Origin: Azolla caroliniana
Taxonomy: Eukaryota > Plantae > Polypodiophyta
Reading direction: 5' to 3'
NCBI GenBank assembly: GCA_043228905.1
Contig: JBHGNT010000017.1
Span: 11,470,001-11,534,000 of the forward strand
DNA: 64,000 bases
Both the position numbers and the translations under genes were made by a program. Below, one piece after another: positions 1-12,610 of the stretch (position 1 is the first letter of the stretch; every line of letters starts with the position of its first letter). The notes under the pieces are model-generated. The model made no database searches and was not told where the DNA came from. It was given only the letters and a program-made list of their open reading frames with translations.

Positions 1-1
1 G

Positions 2-1933
2 TGATCTGTTTATCACGTATGTCGCCGTCGACATTGCCTTAGCCCAAAACCCCTTGGGTAATTTCGCATGCGCCAGCATACTCCGGACCCTCTCCATTAT
101 GGTCCGGTTCATCCTCTCGGCCAGCCCGTTCAGTTCCGGCGTCTTCGGCACAGTAAACTCGAGCCGGATTCCCATCGAACGGCAATACTCCTCGAATTGC
201 CCTCGGTATTCTCCTCCGTTATCCGCTCGTATCGCTTTCAGCTTCTTGCTGGATTCCCTTTCCACTCTTGCGTGGAGTTCTTTGAAGACGCACAACACTT
301 GGTCCTTTGTCTTCAACGGTGCCGTCCACAGCTTCCGGCTGTGGTCATCAATGAATGTCACGAAGTACTGGGCTCCGCCATGTGACTTCGTTTCTACCTG
401 ACACACATCAGTGTGTACCAACTCCAATGGTACACTACGTCTCGTCGGTGGCCTTGAGTGGAAGGAGGTTCGGTTCTGCTTACCGGCCAGGCAATCGGTG
501 CACTTCTCCAGGTGCACATGCTTCACTGGAATAAGGTTGTCTTCTGCAAGCCTCTTCATCCCCTTCTCACTCATGTGGCACAGTCTCTTGTGCCACAGCT
601 CACCAGCAGTGTCGGCTGCCACGTTCAACTCCTCCGGACACAACCAGGCATTCATAAGGTACAGTGTGTTGGCTTTCCGGGCCCGAGCCACTATCAGGCT
701 CCCTTTGCTGAACTTCATGACACCGTTCCGGATGCTACCCGTGTAGCCTTCATCGTCTAGCCTCCCGGCCGAAATCAGGTTCAATCGAACCTCCGGAACG
801 TGTCGGACATCCTTCAGCAGCATCTTGCATCCGGTTGATGTCATCAGCCACACGTCTCCTATGCCGGCAATCCGGCATGTACCTTCATTTCCCATCCGGA
901 CACAGCCGTGCTCACCGGCTGTGTAGGATGAGAAGTATTTCTTCTCCGGGGTCAGGTGGAACGACGCTCCGGAATCGACCACCCAGGTCATCTCTTCACC
1001 GGCAAGGTTCAGCTCCCTCTCTTCGGTAATGAGCATTATCTCTTCTTCACTTGCCGCGAGTGCCGTCGTTCCTTTCCGGTCCTGCCCTCGCCGATCCGGA
1101 CCTCTCCGGTCCGTGGCTCCCCGGTATGCACCGTTTCGCTCCGGTGACTTCTTCGAATCGGTACCGTCGGTTCCGTTGTCTTTCCGGAAATGCCGACAGT
1201 TCTTCTGGAAGTGCCCCGGCTTCCCACAGTAGAAGCATGTAGGTCTTCCCCTCGACTGTGACCGTGTCCCTGACTTCTCCCGTCTTTGCGGACTCCGGTT
1301 CCGTTGTCTTCCCCTTTCCGATTCGGTAAGCAGCGCCTTCGAGTCGGAGGCCGGTTCTTTATCTCTCCGACGCGCTTCTTCATTTAGAATACTTGTCTTT
1401 ACCGTTAGTAAAGACAAGTTCTCTTCCTTACAGGAGGTGCTGAGAGTAACTACCAAGTTCTCCCAGCTCTCCGGAAGGGTACACATCAGCATGATGGCTT
1501 GCATTGCGTCATCCAACGGGAACTTGATCGCCGCAAGCTGGTTCACGAATCCCATGAATGTGCTGATGTGTTCGACCATGCTCTCGCCGTCCCGGTACTT
1601 AAGATTCACTATCTTCCTCATCAGGGAGGTCCGGGTCAGAGCATTCTTCCTCTCATACAGTCCGGACAGCTTCTGCCACATCTCATAGGCGTTCGTATCG
1701 TTCGCCACATGTTGCAGGACACTTACATCGACATATTGTCGGATCGTCGCTACGGCCTTCCGGTTCAGGAGCTTCCACTCCGACTCTATTACCCCCTTGG
1801 GTATCTCGGCATTGTCGATCGGTTCGTACAGGTCTCGGACGATGAGAAGGTCTTCCATCTTTATCTTCCAGTCGGCGTAGTTCTGTGAGTTCAACACCAT
1901 CATGCCCGGAGGCCCACTACCGCCGCCTTCCAT
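2..1933 (-). CDS. Copia gag-protease-integrase polyprotein, partial (open to window edge)
   Basis: ATG at 1933 reads MEGGGSGPPGMMVLNSQNYADWKIKMEDLL. The frame contains the zinc knuckle CFYCGKPGHFQKNC, protease WVVDSGASFH and integrase ...PKTPELNGLAERMNRTIMERVRSML, which is in the same frame at the window edge. Confidence 0.9.
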   Translation of the reverse strand, partial: MEGGGSGPPGMMVLNSQNYADWKIKMEDLLIVRDLYEPIDNAEIPKGVIESEWKLLNRKAVATIRQYVDVSVLQHVANDTNAYEMWQKLSGLYERKNALTRTSLMRKIVNLKYRDGESMVEHISTFMGFVNQLAAIKFPLDDAMQAIMLMCTLPESWENLVVTLSTSCKEENLSLLTVKTSILNEEARRRDKEPASDSKALLTESERGRQRNRSPQRREKSGTRSQSRGRPTCFYCGKPGHFQKNCRHFRKDNGTDGTDSKKSPERNGAYRGATDRRGPDRRGQDRKGTTALAASEEEIMLITEERELNLAGEEMTWVVDSGASFHLTPEKKYFSSYTAGEHGCVRMGNEGTCRIAGIGDVWLMTSTGCKMLLKDVRHVPEVRLNLISAGRLDDEGYTGSIRNGVMKFSKGSLIVARARKANTLYLMNAWLCPEELNVAADTAGELWHKRLCHMSEKGMKRLAEDNLIPVKHVHLEKCTDCLAGKQNRTSFHSRPPTRRSVPLELVHTDVCQVETKSHGGAQYFVTFIDDHSRKLWTAPLKTKDQVLCVFKELHARVERESSKKLKAIRADNGGEYRGQFEEYCRSMGIRLEFTVPKTPELNGLAERMNRTIMERVRSMLAHAKLPKGFWAKAMSTATYVINRS

Positions 1934-2229
1934 TTTCTGTGTTACCGTCGCTCTGATACCAAATTGTCAAAAAACTGAGCTCGGCCACTACCGAGGAATA
2001 GGATCAACTCACAGAAAACAGGAAATACAAAATGCACGAAGACAATGGAGAGCAGAGTACACAGGATGTTTTACGTGGAAAACCCTAAATGGGAAAAAAC
2101 CACGGGAGTCCTCCAACTCCAACTATCACTATAAGCAGAGATGTACAAAGGTGAAGCTACAAGGCAACAACCTTGAGCTCACTGTCTTCGCCACAGGCGG
2201 CGGTAATACACAGAGGCAACGACCTCTTC

Positions 2230-2269
<40 letters not shown>

Positions 2270-2440
2270 TGCTCACTTAGCTCCCTCTAAGTGGAAAACC
2301 AGAAAAATGAGTAACAACAACATAAAACTGTTTGCCCTAAGTCATATTTATACACATATGACTTTCGGGCTATTTACAAATATAGCCTCAAGGGCCCTTG
2401 GCAAACATATTCACAAATATGTCCCCGCATCCGGATCTCT

Positions 2441-2550
2441 CTCCGGGTACATTCGTCATCCGGCTCCGTAGCCGGGGTCTTCATCATCCGGCTCCGTAGC
2501 CGGGGTACTCTTCATCCGGCTTCATGCCGGGTACTCTTCATCCTCCGGTT
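2441..2550. repeat. Short imperfect tandem repeats (~25-28 bp, TCATCCGGCTCCGTAGCCGGGGT-like) in U3 of the copia LTR
   Basis: Three to four recurring units are visible directly; the same LTR also has a (CT)n tract at about 2231-2267. Confidence 0.7.
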
Positions 2551-3576
2551 CTGTAACCGCAACCGGGCTTGCCGTCATTCATCTCCGGACATCCCATCCG
2601 GAGGGACCGAAACCCCAACAGTAGTGAACTATCATGTTTTGTGGAGACAAATATGTTATGTTTCAGTAACAATGGGTTTACATGTAAGCATGTGTTTTTA
2701 TGGCCATGTTTACTAGAGTTTGATGAGTCAAATAAGTAAAGTGTCGGTATCTCCACATACAAATGCTACCAAATAAGTGTAGATTTTGTGTGTTAAATGG
2801 GATACAAATCGTAAGAATGTCAAAACCGGTGTGCATGAACGCACCTAGTATGAAATGACTTTGTTTTCAAATGAAGTGGGAGACATTTGCGGGTCCTCGA
2901 AAAAGCTCATTGGCAAAAACAATTTAGGGATGTGGAATTACCTCTCCAATTTCAATTTGATTCTTTAGGACGGGTTGTAAAGCCATTGAACCCTCGAGGT
3001 TTTCGTCAAGCGGGAGGATCTAAACAAAAGGTTCTCGTAGATGGCCCTAAGGAGGTGGTGCATGAAAATCCATATGCTACATTAGACCATCCTTCAGCTA
3101 CTTCCATGGCATCGGTTGTTCTGAAGGAGCAAGTGCACCGATAAGGTTGATTGAATGAAAGTAGTAACATGGAATGTTAGATGGGCATGTTCTCCTATTA
3201 AGCAATTGGAACGCATCATGCCTTGGTCGTGAAGAAGAGCGCATCAACAAGGATGCCAAGTAATTAAAAGGACACATGAAAGGGAGGTAGTAATAACCAA
3301 TAGGGGAAAGGAAAGTCAATGGGTAGCCAAGTGTGAAATGACCACACCCATGATGTAAAACCTCTATATAAACCACATTGTAATGTCTTTGCAAGGGTTC
3401 CTCCATTTGAAAGATCTCTTAAGTGATTAGAGCTCTAACCGTCCTCTCCTCTTTCTTGTAATCATAGGTTTAAGAGAGATTAGCGTAGATTTAGTGATAG
3501 TGTTTAGTAGATAAACACTAATCTCTCTTCCTTGTTGGTGCTAGACCCCTTAGCAAGAGGGTTAATTAAACAAATT

Positions 3577-5993
3577 TGTTGAGCGTGCAAGCGCAACATG
3601 ATCCAGATCGGCTGAATAAGCCAAGAGCCGGATCAGTGTTCGGAACCAAGGGCCGCATTGGTGTCCAGATCTGAGTGTAACCGGTAGGCCGTTAGAGGCC
3701 TACCTTCCTAGCCTAGTACATAGGCATATTTTTGGGAGTTAGTGATTGTCGCTCAATACGAGCATTGAAGTACTTGTCAATACTTTTGTCAGTCATTTTA
3801 AGGACTTGTATAAAATGTGTTATAATGCACATTTGTATGTACACAGAGCTTTTGGGAATAGAGATTCATTGTCTTGCTCTCTTGTTGTCTCTCTCTCACA
3901 CACACCTAATATGTGTATTCCATTCTCTATGTTTTCTATTGCTATCCGCTTGAGCCGGTTGTGGTTTGTTAGCTTCCGCATATTTATTTTTTCATGGTAT
4001 CAGAGCACGAGGGTTAGAACATCCTCTGTTGTTGACAAGAGCCTTCAACACAAACCAAGACCTAACATCCGATAAGAACAGACAAGAAGAGAAATGGACA
4101 GAAATATGGGAAGCTCGACAGGAGCAACTACGCATCTTGGTCATACAAGATTCACCAATACCTATTAGGGCATGGGTATTGGAGTTATGTCGAAGGAGCA
4201 AATGATGTAGCAGCATATTCGACACATGGGGATTTTCTGACTTGGAAACAATCAGGAAGCAGAGTTCTCTACTGCTTTGCATCTAGTGTTGAGACACCAA
4301 GACGCCAAAGGAGGCTTGGGGAAATCTGAAGAAGATATTCGCCGCGAGCACCACAACCAGAAAGCTTCAACTCAAACAAGAGCTAAGCAATGTCAGGCAA
4401 AGAGACATGTCAGTGGCTAATTACACCTCCTAGATCAAGGACATCTACGACTCTCTCGCCTCTATCAACATGACCGTCGAGGAGGACGAAATGGTGCAGG
4501 TCTATCTCGATGGGTTGACATCTAAGTTCAGATTATTCCGAACGGTGGTCTTCACAAGAGAGAGTACATCGTCATTCTTCGAGTTGCAATCGATACTTCT
4601 CATTGAAGAGAACCACACAAGTGCATCAACGAGCATTAACACCGACAACAAAATGTTGTACACGGAGGCGGATCACCCCCCTAGTCATGGTGGACAAGGC
4701 AGGTCGACACGCAATGAAGGTGGCCGACAGGTGCAAAACCGAAGGCATAAGCATCATGCCGACAGCAATTCTAGATCCTCCGGGAGAAGGGGGAGCCAAG
4801 ACGCTGCCAAAAACCAGCAAGCAAAGGCCAAAACGGAATGTTGGTATTGAGAGAGCGAGTGTTGGAAGAAGAGCTCTGATTCAGAAAAATCAGGATCCGA
4901 CAAGGCCAGACAAGGAGTTGGCAAAGCTCGCACTACGCCGAAGGATCTGAAGGATCTGAAACCAGAAATGGATCGGACCCAAATTCGTGATGAAGCACAA
5001 GGCCAATTCGATGGGGATGAATACCTCGAAACTGAATGAGGTATGGTATGTCGATTCTAGAGCGTCACACCAAATGACAAGCCATGAGGAGTGGTTCATG
5101 TACTTGGAGAAGCCGGAACAACTGGGGGTCATCGAAACCAGTGACAATGCCCCACATACAATCGAACATGTCAGTGAAATCCCCCTAAACCATGTCCGAT
5201 AAAAGGGGAAGCTAATGAACGCCCTGCACATCCCGATAATCACAAAGAATCTGGTGTCGGTTGGACAGATTGTCGACCAAGGGATGCAGGTCCGATTCAC
5301 ACACCTCGAGTGCTTCATTGAAGAAGAAAGTAAAGTCATTACACAAGGGCGCCGAGAAGGGAGGATGTTTATCCTCGAAACAAATGAAGTCGGAACCACT
5401 ATGTTTGCAAAAGGGCAAAAAGTCAAGTCGGATATCGACCTATGATACAAGTGGTTCGGCCATATCAACTTCCCGTAGTTTCGGGAGATGCAGACAAAGA
5501 ACATTGTCTTCGGATTACCAAAATTCAATGGTTGGAATGACCAAGTCTGTGAAGCCTGTCAGTTAGGGAAGCAACACCGACTTCCATTCCCCAACGAGCG
5601 AAATCAGAGACGGAACCAACTTGATTTGATCCATTCGGATGTGTGGGGACCGACACAGAACGTGAGCATTGGAGGAAGCCATTATTTTGTAACCTTCATC
5701 GATGACTACACTCGGCACACCGGGGCGTGATTGATCGCGAAGAAGAACGAAGTCTTTGCCTATTTCCGGAAGGCGAAGAGCCTTGTTGAATGGGAAATCG
5801 ACAGGAAGATCATGTGCCTAAATATTCGATGGCAGAAAAGAGTACTTTTCCAACCAGTTCTCGAGTTATCTTCAAAAGGAAGAAATTCGACGAGAATTCT
5901 CTTGCAAATACACACCGAAGCAGAATAGTGTGGCTGAGCGGAAGAACCGGACAATAGAGGAGGCAGCACGGGCGATGCTTGAAGATAAGCATT
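3577..5993 (+). mobile_element. Degenerate copia element (family A), 5' LTR to mid-integrase, 3'-truncated
   Basis: LTR 3577-3994 (TGTTGAG..CA) and PBS TGGTATCAGAGC at 3995-4006. Gag, protease (WYVDSRASHQM) and integrase ([15 protein letters not shown]) fragments carry many stops. Homologous to the element at 14219. Confidence 0.88.
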
Positions 5994-6205
5994 TGTCATG
6001 AATACATCAAATCATAGCTTCACTTGGGCTTGAACCCAAGACCTTGTAATACGTAATCAAGAACATGACCATTAAGATAGCATATGATCATATGAAATGA
6101 TAAAAGCTATTTCTTAAATAGACTGAGTATTGTAATATTTTGGAACATTCTAGAATATCCTAGAACATCTTAGAATATTCTAGGTCTAGAACATTCTAGA
6201 ATATC
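5994..6205 (+). mobile_element. LTR fragment with an antisense tRNA-like motif and TCTAGAA(C/T)AT tandem repeats
   Basis: Begins with TG exactly where integrase homology stops. Short tandem repeats at about 6140-6205; A/B-box-like motif on the minus strand at about 6025-6080. Confidence 0.5.
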
Positions 6206-6209
6206 ATAA

Positions 6210-8826
6210 AGAAGACCAATCTTACAATGTATCACATGATGACTATGATCAAAATAATGACATATGTCATAATGACCAAAATTCTGATGAGGATAATGAA
6301 GATTCTTTCATTGCCTTCATGGCCCTCACTTCATTTAACAACTCTCCCACTTCAATGTGGATTCTTGATATAGGTGCCACATGTTACCTCACCTCAAGAG
6401 TTGAATGGCTCAAAGACTATAAGGTCTTAGAACATCCTTTCCCAATGAGATTTAGGAACAATGGGGTTGAATATGCCCTTGGACATGGGATTGCCCATCT
6501 TGAACTTTCTGATGGGAACTTCATTGAAATCAATGAAGTTTATTGTATACCTAACATAGCAAAAAACTTGATATCTGTCAATAAACTCATAAATAATAAT
6601 ACATCCGTCGAGTTTTATCACAAATATTGTATCATTTGTCATAAGACAGCCTTCAGACGAGGCTATGTCGTTAATTGTCAAGGATGTCTTTACCTTTTAG
6701 GCCGCTCTGTGGTACATGTTGAAGAAGCACACCACATAGATGATTCAAACATATCAAACTATGTGACCTTACTATGGCAATATCGATTAGGTCACTTAAA
6801 GCATCAAACAATGATTCACATGGCCCGACAACATATAGCAATTGGTTTTACTCTTCCTAGTAAATCGAAACTATCCCTTTGGGAAGAGTGTGTATTTGGA
6901 AAATTCTCTAACTCGCCATTTCCATCCCATCCTACAACGACCACTAAACCCCTCCAACTAGTACATACGGATATATGTGGTCCTTTGTCTACCCCATCCC
7001 TATATGGAAATGTATATTTCCTAACGTTTATTGATGACTTTACTCGTTTCACGATGGTCACGTTTCTGAAGACAAAATGTAGTGATCAAGTCCATGAGAA
7101 ATTTAAAGCCTATCATAAACTTGTAACAAATCAACAAGATTTACCCCTTAAAGTACTCCAATCAGATAATGGTGGAGAATTCAAGTCCCAAAACTTCCAA
7201 ACTTATTGCCAAAACCATGGGATTCAACAACGGTTTACCATCCCATATACACCCCAACACAATTCAAGGGTTGAATGACGAAACCGGTTGTATATGGATG
7301 CCACTTGTTGCATGCTCGCCGTTGCAAACCTTCCCCGAACATATTTGGAAGAGGTTGTTTCAACCGCGTGTTATATATTCAATAGAACATATAGTTGATC
7401 AATTAGGACAACTCCATTTTCCTTCTGGTTTGGAAAAAATCCAAATTATGAAAATCTAATAATCTTTGGATGTCCATCATATGCACTCGTACCTTTAGAA
7501 ACTCAATCAAAATTAGATAATCATGTAGTTCGCACAATATTTGTTGGGTATGGCGAACCTCATGGATGTAAGGGTTGTCGATTATACAACCCAAAATCCA
7601 AAAGATTTATTTTTAGTCGACGAGTGATATTTGATGAAGATAAACTAATATCTAATCCTCACCCACATCATGGCTATGAAAAGTTACAAGACACGACTAC
7701 CATGTCTAACACTAAATCCAATAAAGAAGTAATATCATCACCTACTAATTCTTGGCGGGATCCACATATGTCCTCGGAAATTCAACAAGTCACACGACCA
7801 TATGCCAATTAACCCTCCTCCACTAATGCCCTCATCTCTAGAGGTCCGCCCACAAGTCCCAGGTTCAACCAATGACTCCAACTTATTGCCTCTAATAACC
7901 AAACAATCACAACAAACAAATGTACATACTCCAATTTTAAACACTAACCCTACCCAAACTAAAAAGAGCCTTAATAATCACCTTAGCACTCATAAGGAAA
8001 AACCTTTCGATGGAACACAACTAACACACATTGATTATTCATGTTCCCATCCTATTAAAAATCTCCTTATCTCACTACGACGATCTTCACACCTTAATGG
8101 CAAGGGGAAAACCATTGGTCACAACAATGCAAAAGTAATTAAAATAGGATGTAGAAATACTTCATATTCCACCAATAATCAACACGTAGAAATACAAATA
8201 GTTTTGACATTGCCAAATCACCTAATTCACTTAGCCCTACATCCACTCCAAAGAAAGTTTGTACTATTCAAGATCTTTATGATCACACAAAAAAAATAGA
8301 TGCCCTTGTTGCGGACCATCAATTTGAACTTGAGTTTGCATTTTCGGCTCTTGGTTCCCCCTCAACCACATCAGACATTTCTGATGATCCCTTAACTATC
8401 AATGATGCATTGCAAAGTCCAGATCATGTTGAATGGCAAGCTACCATGGCAAAAGAACTTGAATCTCTTGAGGCCAACAAAACATGGACTCTAGTACCAC
8501 TCCCAATGTGACGCTCACCTATTTCATGCAAATGGGTGTTGACAAAAACACTAGACCTTGATAATATTGTTGCATGTTACAAAGCTCAACTTGTAGCTCG
8601 TGGTTTTTCTCAAGTTGAAGGACTTGATTATTCTGAGACATTCTCATCCGTTCTAGATCATTTGGATGTACAAACGACATTTCTACATGGTGATTTACCC
8701 GAAGAAATCTACATGTCACAACCTCCTGGGTTTGAGTCACACTCTCAACCAAACTATGTGTGTCGGTTACGTCGATCACTTTATGAACTCAAACAATCTC
8801 CTAGGTTATGGTTTCAAAGATTGCCT
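6210..8826 (+). pseudogene. Degenerate AT-rich copia pol (protease-integrase-RT fragment)
   Basis: ORF 6319-7278 has WILDIGAT, GAG-pre-integrase LWQYRLGH, LVHTDICGP and LQSDNGGEF. RT motifs YKAQLVARGFSQ and SLYELKQSPR at 8536-8829; stops and frameshifts throughout. Confidence 0.88.
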
Positions 8827-9019
8827 TAGGTATCAGGGGATGTGGTACAATTAGAGAATATGAGAAATGGGTTATTGATTCATGCACTTTCGTGGAGTAC
8901 CACAACAAAATGAAAGTTGATTTTATAATTTTTGCTAACTATCTATGCTATGTTTGTTGTATCATGTATGGCGATGGAGAGGTGGATTTTTATGTCATGC
9001 TATGTTTGTAGTATTACAG

Positions 9020-9297
9020 CCAGCAACTCCAACTATATGTATGTATATGAAGAGGGTTTTTACCATATCCATGGCTGGCTGGCTGGCTGGCTCGCTACTA
9101 GTATGTATGTATGTACATATGTAGTAGTAGTAGTAGTGGTAGTAGACTGTAGTAGTGATTGTCATCTTTCTTCTATCTCACACAATCAAACATAGATTTA
9201 CGTAAAAAATAAACAGAGAACAATCCAATCCAATATGTATGTATGTGCATGCATACTACTACTACCCTAACCCCCCCCCCCCCCCCCCCCCCCCCCC
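9020..9297. repeat. Microsatellite cluster upstream of the PPR gene: (TATG)n, (GGCT)n, (GTA)n and a ~28-nt poly-C
   Basis: Directly visible simple repeats. Confidence 0.8.
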
Positions 9298-9329
9298 AAT
9301 TCCGTGAATGTATGTATGGGCCTGTTTAT

Positions 9330-9443
9330 ATGGAGGGGCGGAGGCTTTGCATAGCTCCCATTTCAGCCTGCAAGGATCTGGGATTCCTGTGGAAGGAATT
9401 CTTCAAAGATTCCTCCCTCTGGTTGGACATCAGGCATGTCAAG
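9330..9443 (+). CDS. Putative first coding exon of the PPR gene (N-terminal, possible targeting peptide)
   Basis: In-frame ATGs at 9312 and 9330, then a phase-0 donor AAG|GTAAGC at 9444. The acceptor ...TTCATAG at 9569 joins an open frame (9570-9725) that is continuous with the PPR ORF. Confidence 0.5.
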
Positions 9444-9725
9444 GTAAGCCTCCCTGATTATTCAGACAACCTCTCTATTTTTATTCTTTAGATGAGTACA
9501 CAAAGATAGATATAGACTTTTAAAGCTATCATTGTTGTGACTGAAGAGAGCGTTGTTTTGAATTCATAGAAACACTCAGTTTACCCAGATTTTCAATGCA
9601 AACTTCACAAGATCTCACTATGGATATGCAATGGAGACAATCCGTTTTGGGTTCAGGAAGAGCTATGCAGAAGATCTCTGTTACCTCCATGTAGGAAATC
9701 GAAGGAATCAAAACGTGAGGAGGAA

Positions 9726-12143
9726 ATGAGATTATGTGACAGAGATGAGTACAAGTGTCAAGAATATGGTACTCATTATTATATGGCATTATTGAAGGCT
9801 TGTGGCAATCAAAAGAATGCGGAGAGAGCTAGCAGAATACATGATGATATTCTGAGAAGAGGTTTGCTGGAGAAGGACATCTCTCTCGGCAACACCTTGG
9901 TGAGTGTTTATGCTAAGTGCAATGCACTTGCTAAAGCACGTCAAGCGTTTGACCAGATTTCTGTCCGGGATGTAGTCTCTTGGAATGCACTTATCTCAGG
10001 ATATGCCCAAGGTGGGCATAGTGCAGAAGCCTTGAATTGTTTTGAACAAATGAGACGGGAGGGCCTCTATCCAAGCAGTGTAACATATATCTGTGTCTTA
10101 AAAGCATGTGCAAGCATTAGAGAAATTGAGAGAGGTGAAATAATACATGCCGAGATTGTAAGAGAGGGCTTCCTCCAAAAACATGTTTCCGTCGGTAATG
10201 CGCTGGTGGATATGTATGCCAAATGTGGTGCAATTTTGAAAGCACAGGAAGTGTTTGATGAACTAGAATTGCGGAATATAGTGTCATGGAATGCACTCAT
10301 CACAGGATATGCTAACCATGAGTATGGTGAGGAAGCACTGAAATGTTTCCAAAGGATGCAACGTGATGGGTTTTCTGCAAACAAAGTTACATATCTTTGC
10401 TTACTGAAAGCTTGTGGAAGCATAGGAATAGCTGAAAAGGGAAAGGAAGTACATGATGAGATAGTCAGGGAGAGGCTGCTGGAAAAAGATCCATTGGTTG
10501 GCACTGCCTTGGTAGATATGTATGCAAAATGCAGTGCACTTTTACAAGCGTGGGAAGTGTTTGATAACCTTCCCGTGTGGGATTTAGTCTCATGGAATGC
10601 CATTATCTCGGGTTATGCCCAACATGGGAAAGATGAAGAAGCATTGAACTGCTTTGAATATATGCAGCTTGGGGGTTTTTCTCCAGATGTGGTCACCTTC
10701 GTTTGCATCTTGAAATCTTGCGGTAACATAGGAGCACTTGATAGAGGAAAAGAAATACATGTTGAGGTTGTTAAACAGAGATTACAGAACAATGTGTTGA
10801 TTGGCACTGCTTTGATTGATATGTATGCCAAATGTGATGCACTTGTGCAAGCACAGACAGTGTTTGATCAGCTCCAATCACGTACAGCAGTATGTTGGAA
10901 CTCATTAATCACAGGGTATGCACATCGGGGCCACGGTCAAGAAGCACTAAACTGCTTCGACCAGATGCAAAGGGATGGCTTCTCTGCCGACATGGTCACA
11001 TTTCTTAGTGTCCTGAAAGCATGTGGCAGCATAGGAGCACTTGAAAGAGGCAAAGAAGTGCATGCAAAGATTATCGAACAGGGAATATTAGGAGAGGAAA
11101 CTACTCTAATTGCCAATGCCATAGTGGATATGTATGCCAAATGTGGGGCTGTTGCAAAAGCACAAGAAGTGTTTGATGAACTTGATGTCTGGACGATAGT
11201 GTCATGGAATGCCTTAATTGCAGGATATGCTAACCATGGGTATAGTGAGGAAGCAATGAAATGTTATGAACAGATGCTAAACAAAGGATTTTCTCCTAAC
11301 GCGTTCACCTTTGCTTCTATTTTAAAAGCATGTGGGTGTATTGGAGCAATTGACAAGGGGACAGAAATCCATGCCGATGTCATGAAAGAGCAGTTGCAGA
11401 AAGATGTGTTGGTTGGTGGTGCATTGGTAGATATGTATGCAAAATGTGGTGCACCAACAAAAGCCCAACAAGTGTTTGATGAGCTTCCAATGAGGGATGT
11501 TGTTTCTTGGACTGTACTAATTGCAGGGTATGCCCAGGTTGGACATGATGATATTGTAATCAATTTATTCAACAAAATGATTGGCGAAAGTATTAACCCA
11601 GACCTCATTACATGCGCTATTGTGCTTAATGCTTGCAGCCGCTCGGGTCAATTGGATGAAGGTGAAACGTACTTTGAAGCCATGTACTCAAGTTATGGCA
11701 TTGCCTCAACCTTAGATCTTTGCACTTGCATGGTTGATATGTTTGGCCGCGCTGGTCAGTTCAGTAAGATTGTGTTAGTGATCGAGAAATTGCCAACCTT
11801 AGATTATCTTCCTACATGGACCACCCTTTTGGGTGCTTGCCATAAATGGGGCAATGTGGAGCTTGGAAGATTGGCTTTTGAACATATAGTACAATTAGAT
11901 GAGAAACATTGCTCGGCATATGTCCTGATGAGTAACATATATGTAAGTGCGGACATGCAAGAGGAGGCAAAGATGATTGAAACTTTGAGAGTGAAAAACA
12001 AAGCATGGGAAAATCCAGAATGTTGGACTGATTTGGGTGGAGAAGGATGCTTGCACTCCACTCCCTCTACAAATGAGAGAGGCTCAAAAAAGAGTGGCAT
12101 CCATCTGAAATTTGAAGATGCCATCTACATGACCTTATGCTAA
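9726..12143 (+). CDS. PLS-class pentatricopeptide repeat protein with E1/E2 domains and no DYW domain (organellar RNA-editing specificity factor)
   Basis: 805-aa ORF with six P-L-S triplets (VVSWNALI.GYA / TF.C.LKACG / GNALVDMYAKCG). E motifs WTTLLGACHKWGNVELG and AYVLMSNIY are followed by a degenerate PG-box and a stop, with no HSE/CxxCH deaminase motif. Confidence 0.95.
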   Translation: MRLCDRDEYKCQEYGTHYYMALLKACGNQKNAERASRIHDDILRRGLLEKDISLGNTLVSVYAKCNALAKARQAFDQISVRDVVSWNALISGYAQGGHSAEALNCFEQMRREGLYPSSVTYICVLKACASIREIERGEIIHAEIVREGFLQKHVSVGNALVDMYAKCGAILKAQEVFDELELRNIVSWNALITGYANHEYGEEALKCFQRMQRDGFSANKVTYLCLLKACGSIGIAEKGKEVHDEIVRERLLEKDPLVGTALVDMYAKCSALLQAWEVFDNLPVWDLVSWNAIISGYAQHGKDEEALNCFEYMQLGGFSPDVVTFVCILKSCGNIGALDRGKEIHVEVVKQRLQNNVLIGTALIDMYAKCDALVQAQTVFDQLQSRTAVCWNSLITGYAHRGHGQEALNCFDQMQRDGFSADMVTFLSVLKACGSIGALERGKEVHAKIIEQGILGEETTLIANAIVDMYAKCGAVAKAQEVFDELDVWTIVSWNALIAGYANHGYSEEAMKCYEQMLNKGFSPNAFTFASILKACGCIGAIDKGTEIHADVMKEQLQKDVLVGGALVDMYAKCGAPTKAQQVFDELPMRDVVSWTVLIAGYAQVGHDDIVINLFNKMIGESINPDLITCAIVLNACSRSGQLDEGETYFEAMYSSYGIASTLDLCTCMVDMFGRAGQFSKIVLVIEKLPTLDYLPTWTTLLGACHKWGNVELGRLAFEHIVQLDEKHCSAYVLMSNIYVSADMQEEAKMIETLRVKNKAWENPECWTDLGGEGCLHSTPSTNERGSKKSGIHLKFEDAIYMTLC

Positions 12144-12489
12144 CAAATGCACGGAATATAATGTATACAGAACTTCTATAACATACTGATATGATGGAGC
12201 TATTTTTACACTACTCTTGGTTTGAAGAGAAGAATCTTACCTCTTTTCTTTCAAACAAAGAGTTATATTTATTTGAAAAAATGGAGATCTATAATTTTGG
12301 GATCTCAATGAGATCTTGAAGATTTTAAGAAGCCTTGTAACAAAACGGCCAACACCTATGTGATACAAATTGTTTGAGTCTTAGTAATTAATTAAGCAAA
12401 ACAAAAGGAATGAGGGGTGTGGAACCAGCAAACCTCCTTTTAGCAATAGCATAAGGCAGACCCGAACCTCCTCAGTGTCCTATAACATC

Positions 12490-12610
12490 GAGAGTTAATG
12501 CGAGTCGTACCTTCGGGTTTGTGAAGAGTGCATGTGGTTAGCTAACAAGAGAGTTAATGCGAGTTGTACCTTCGGGTTTGTGAAGAGTGCATGTGGTTAG
12601 CTAACAAGAG
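12490..12610. repeat. 59-bp tandem duplication
   Basis: GAGAGTTAATGCGAGT(C/T)GTACCTTCGGG...GCTAACAA starts at both 12490 and 12549, with one mismatch. Confidence 0.9.

Larger units (their letters stand above)
1..2620 (-). mobile_element. Ty1/copia LTR retrotransposon (Tnt1/Tork-like), 5' half; continues beyond window start
   Basis: 5' LTR 1965-2620 has TG..CA termini. The tRNA-iMet PBS (TGGTATCAGAGC, minus strand) is at 1950-1961, followed by gag-PR-IN coding sequence. Confidence 0.93.

Noticed and set aside
2621-3576. 85-aa ORF (2887-3144) and an LTR-like segment with a TATA motif and TGGTGCTAGACC
   Set aside because: Probably old transposon debris; no boundary, TSD or domain can be supported.
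10067-12124. Antisense ORFs over the PPR gene and similar shadow ORFs over pol genes
   Set aside because: These are shadow frames of genuine coding sequence on the opposite strand.
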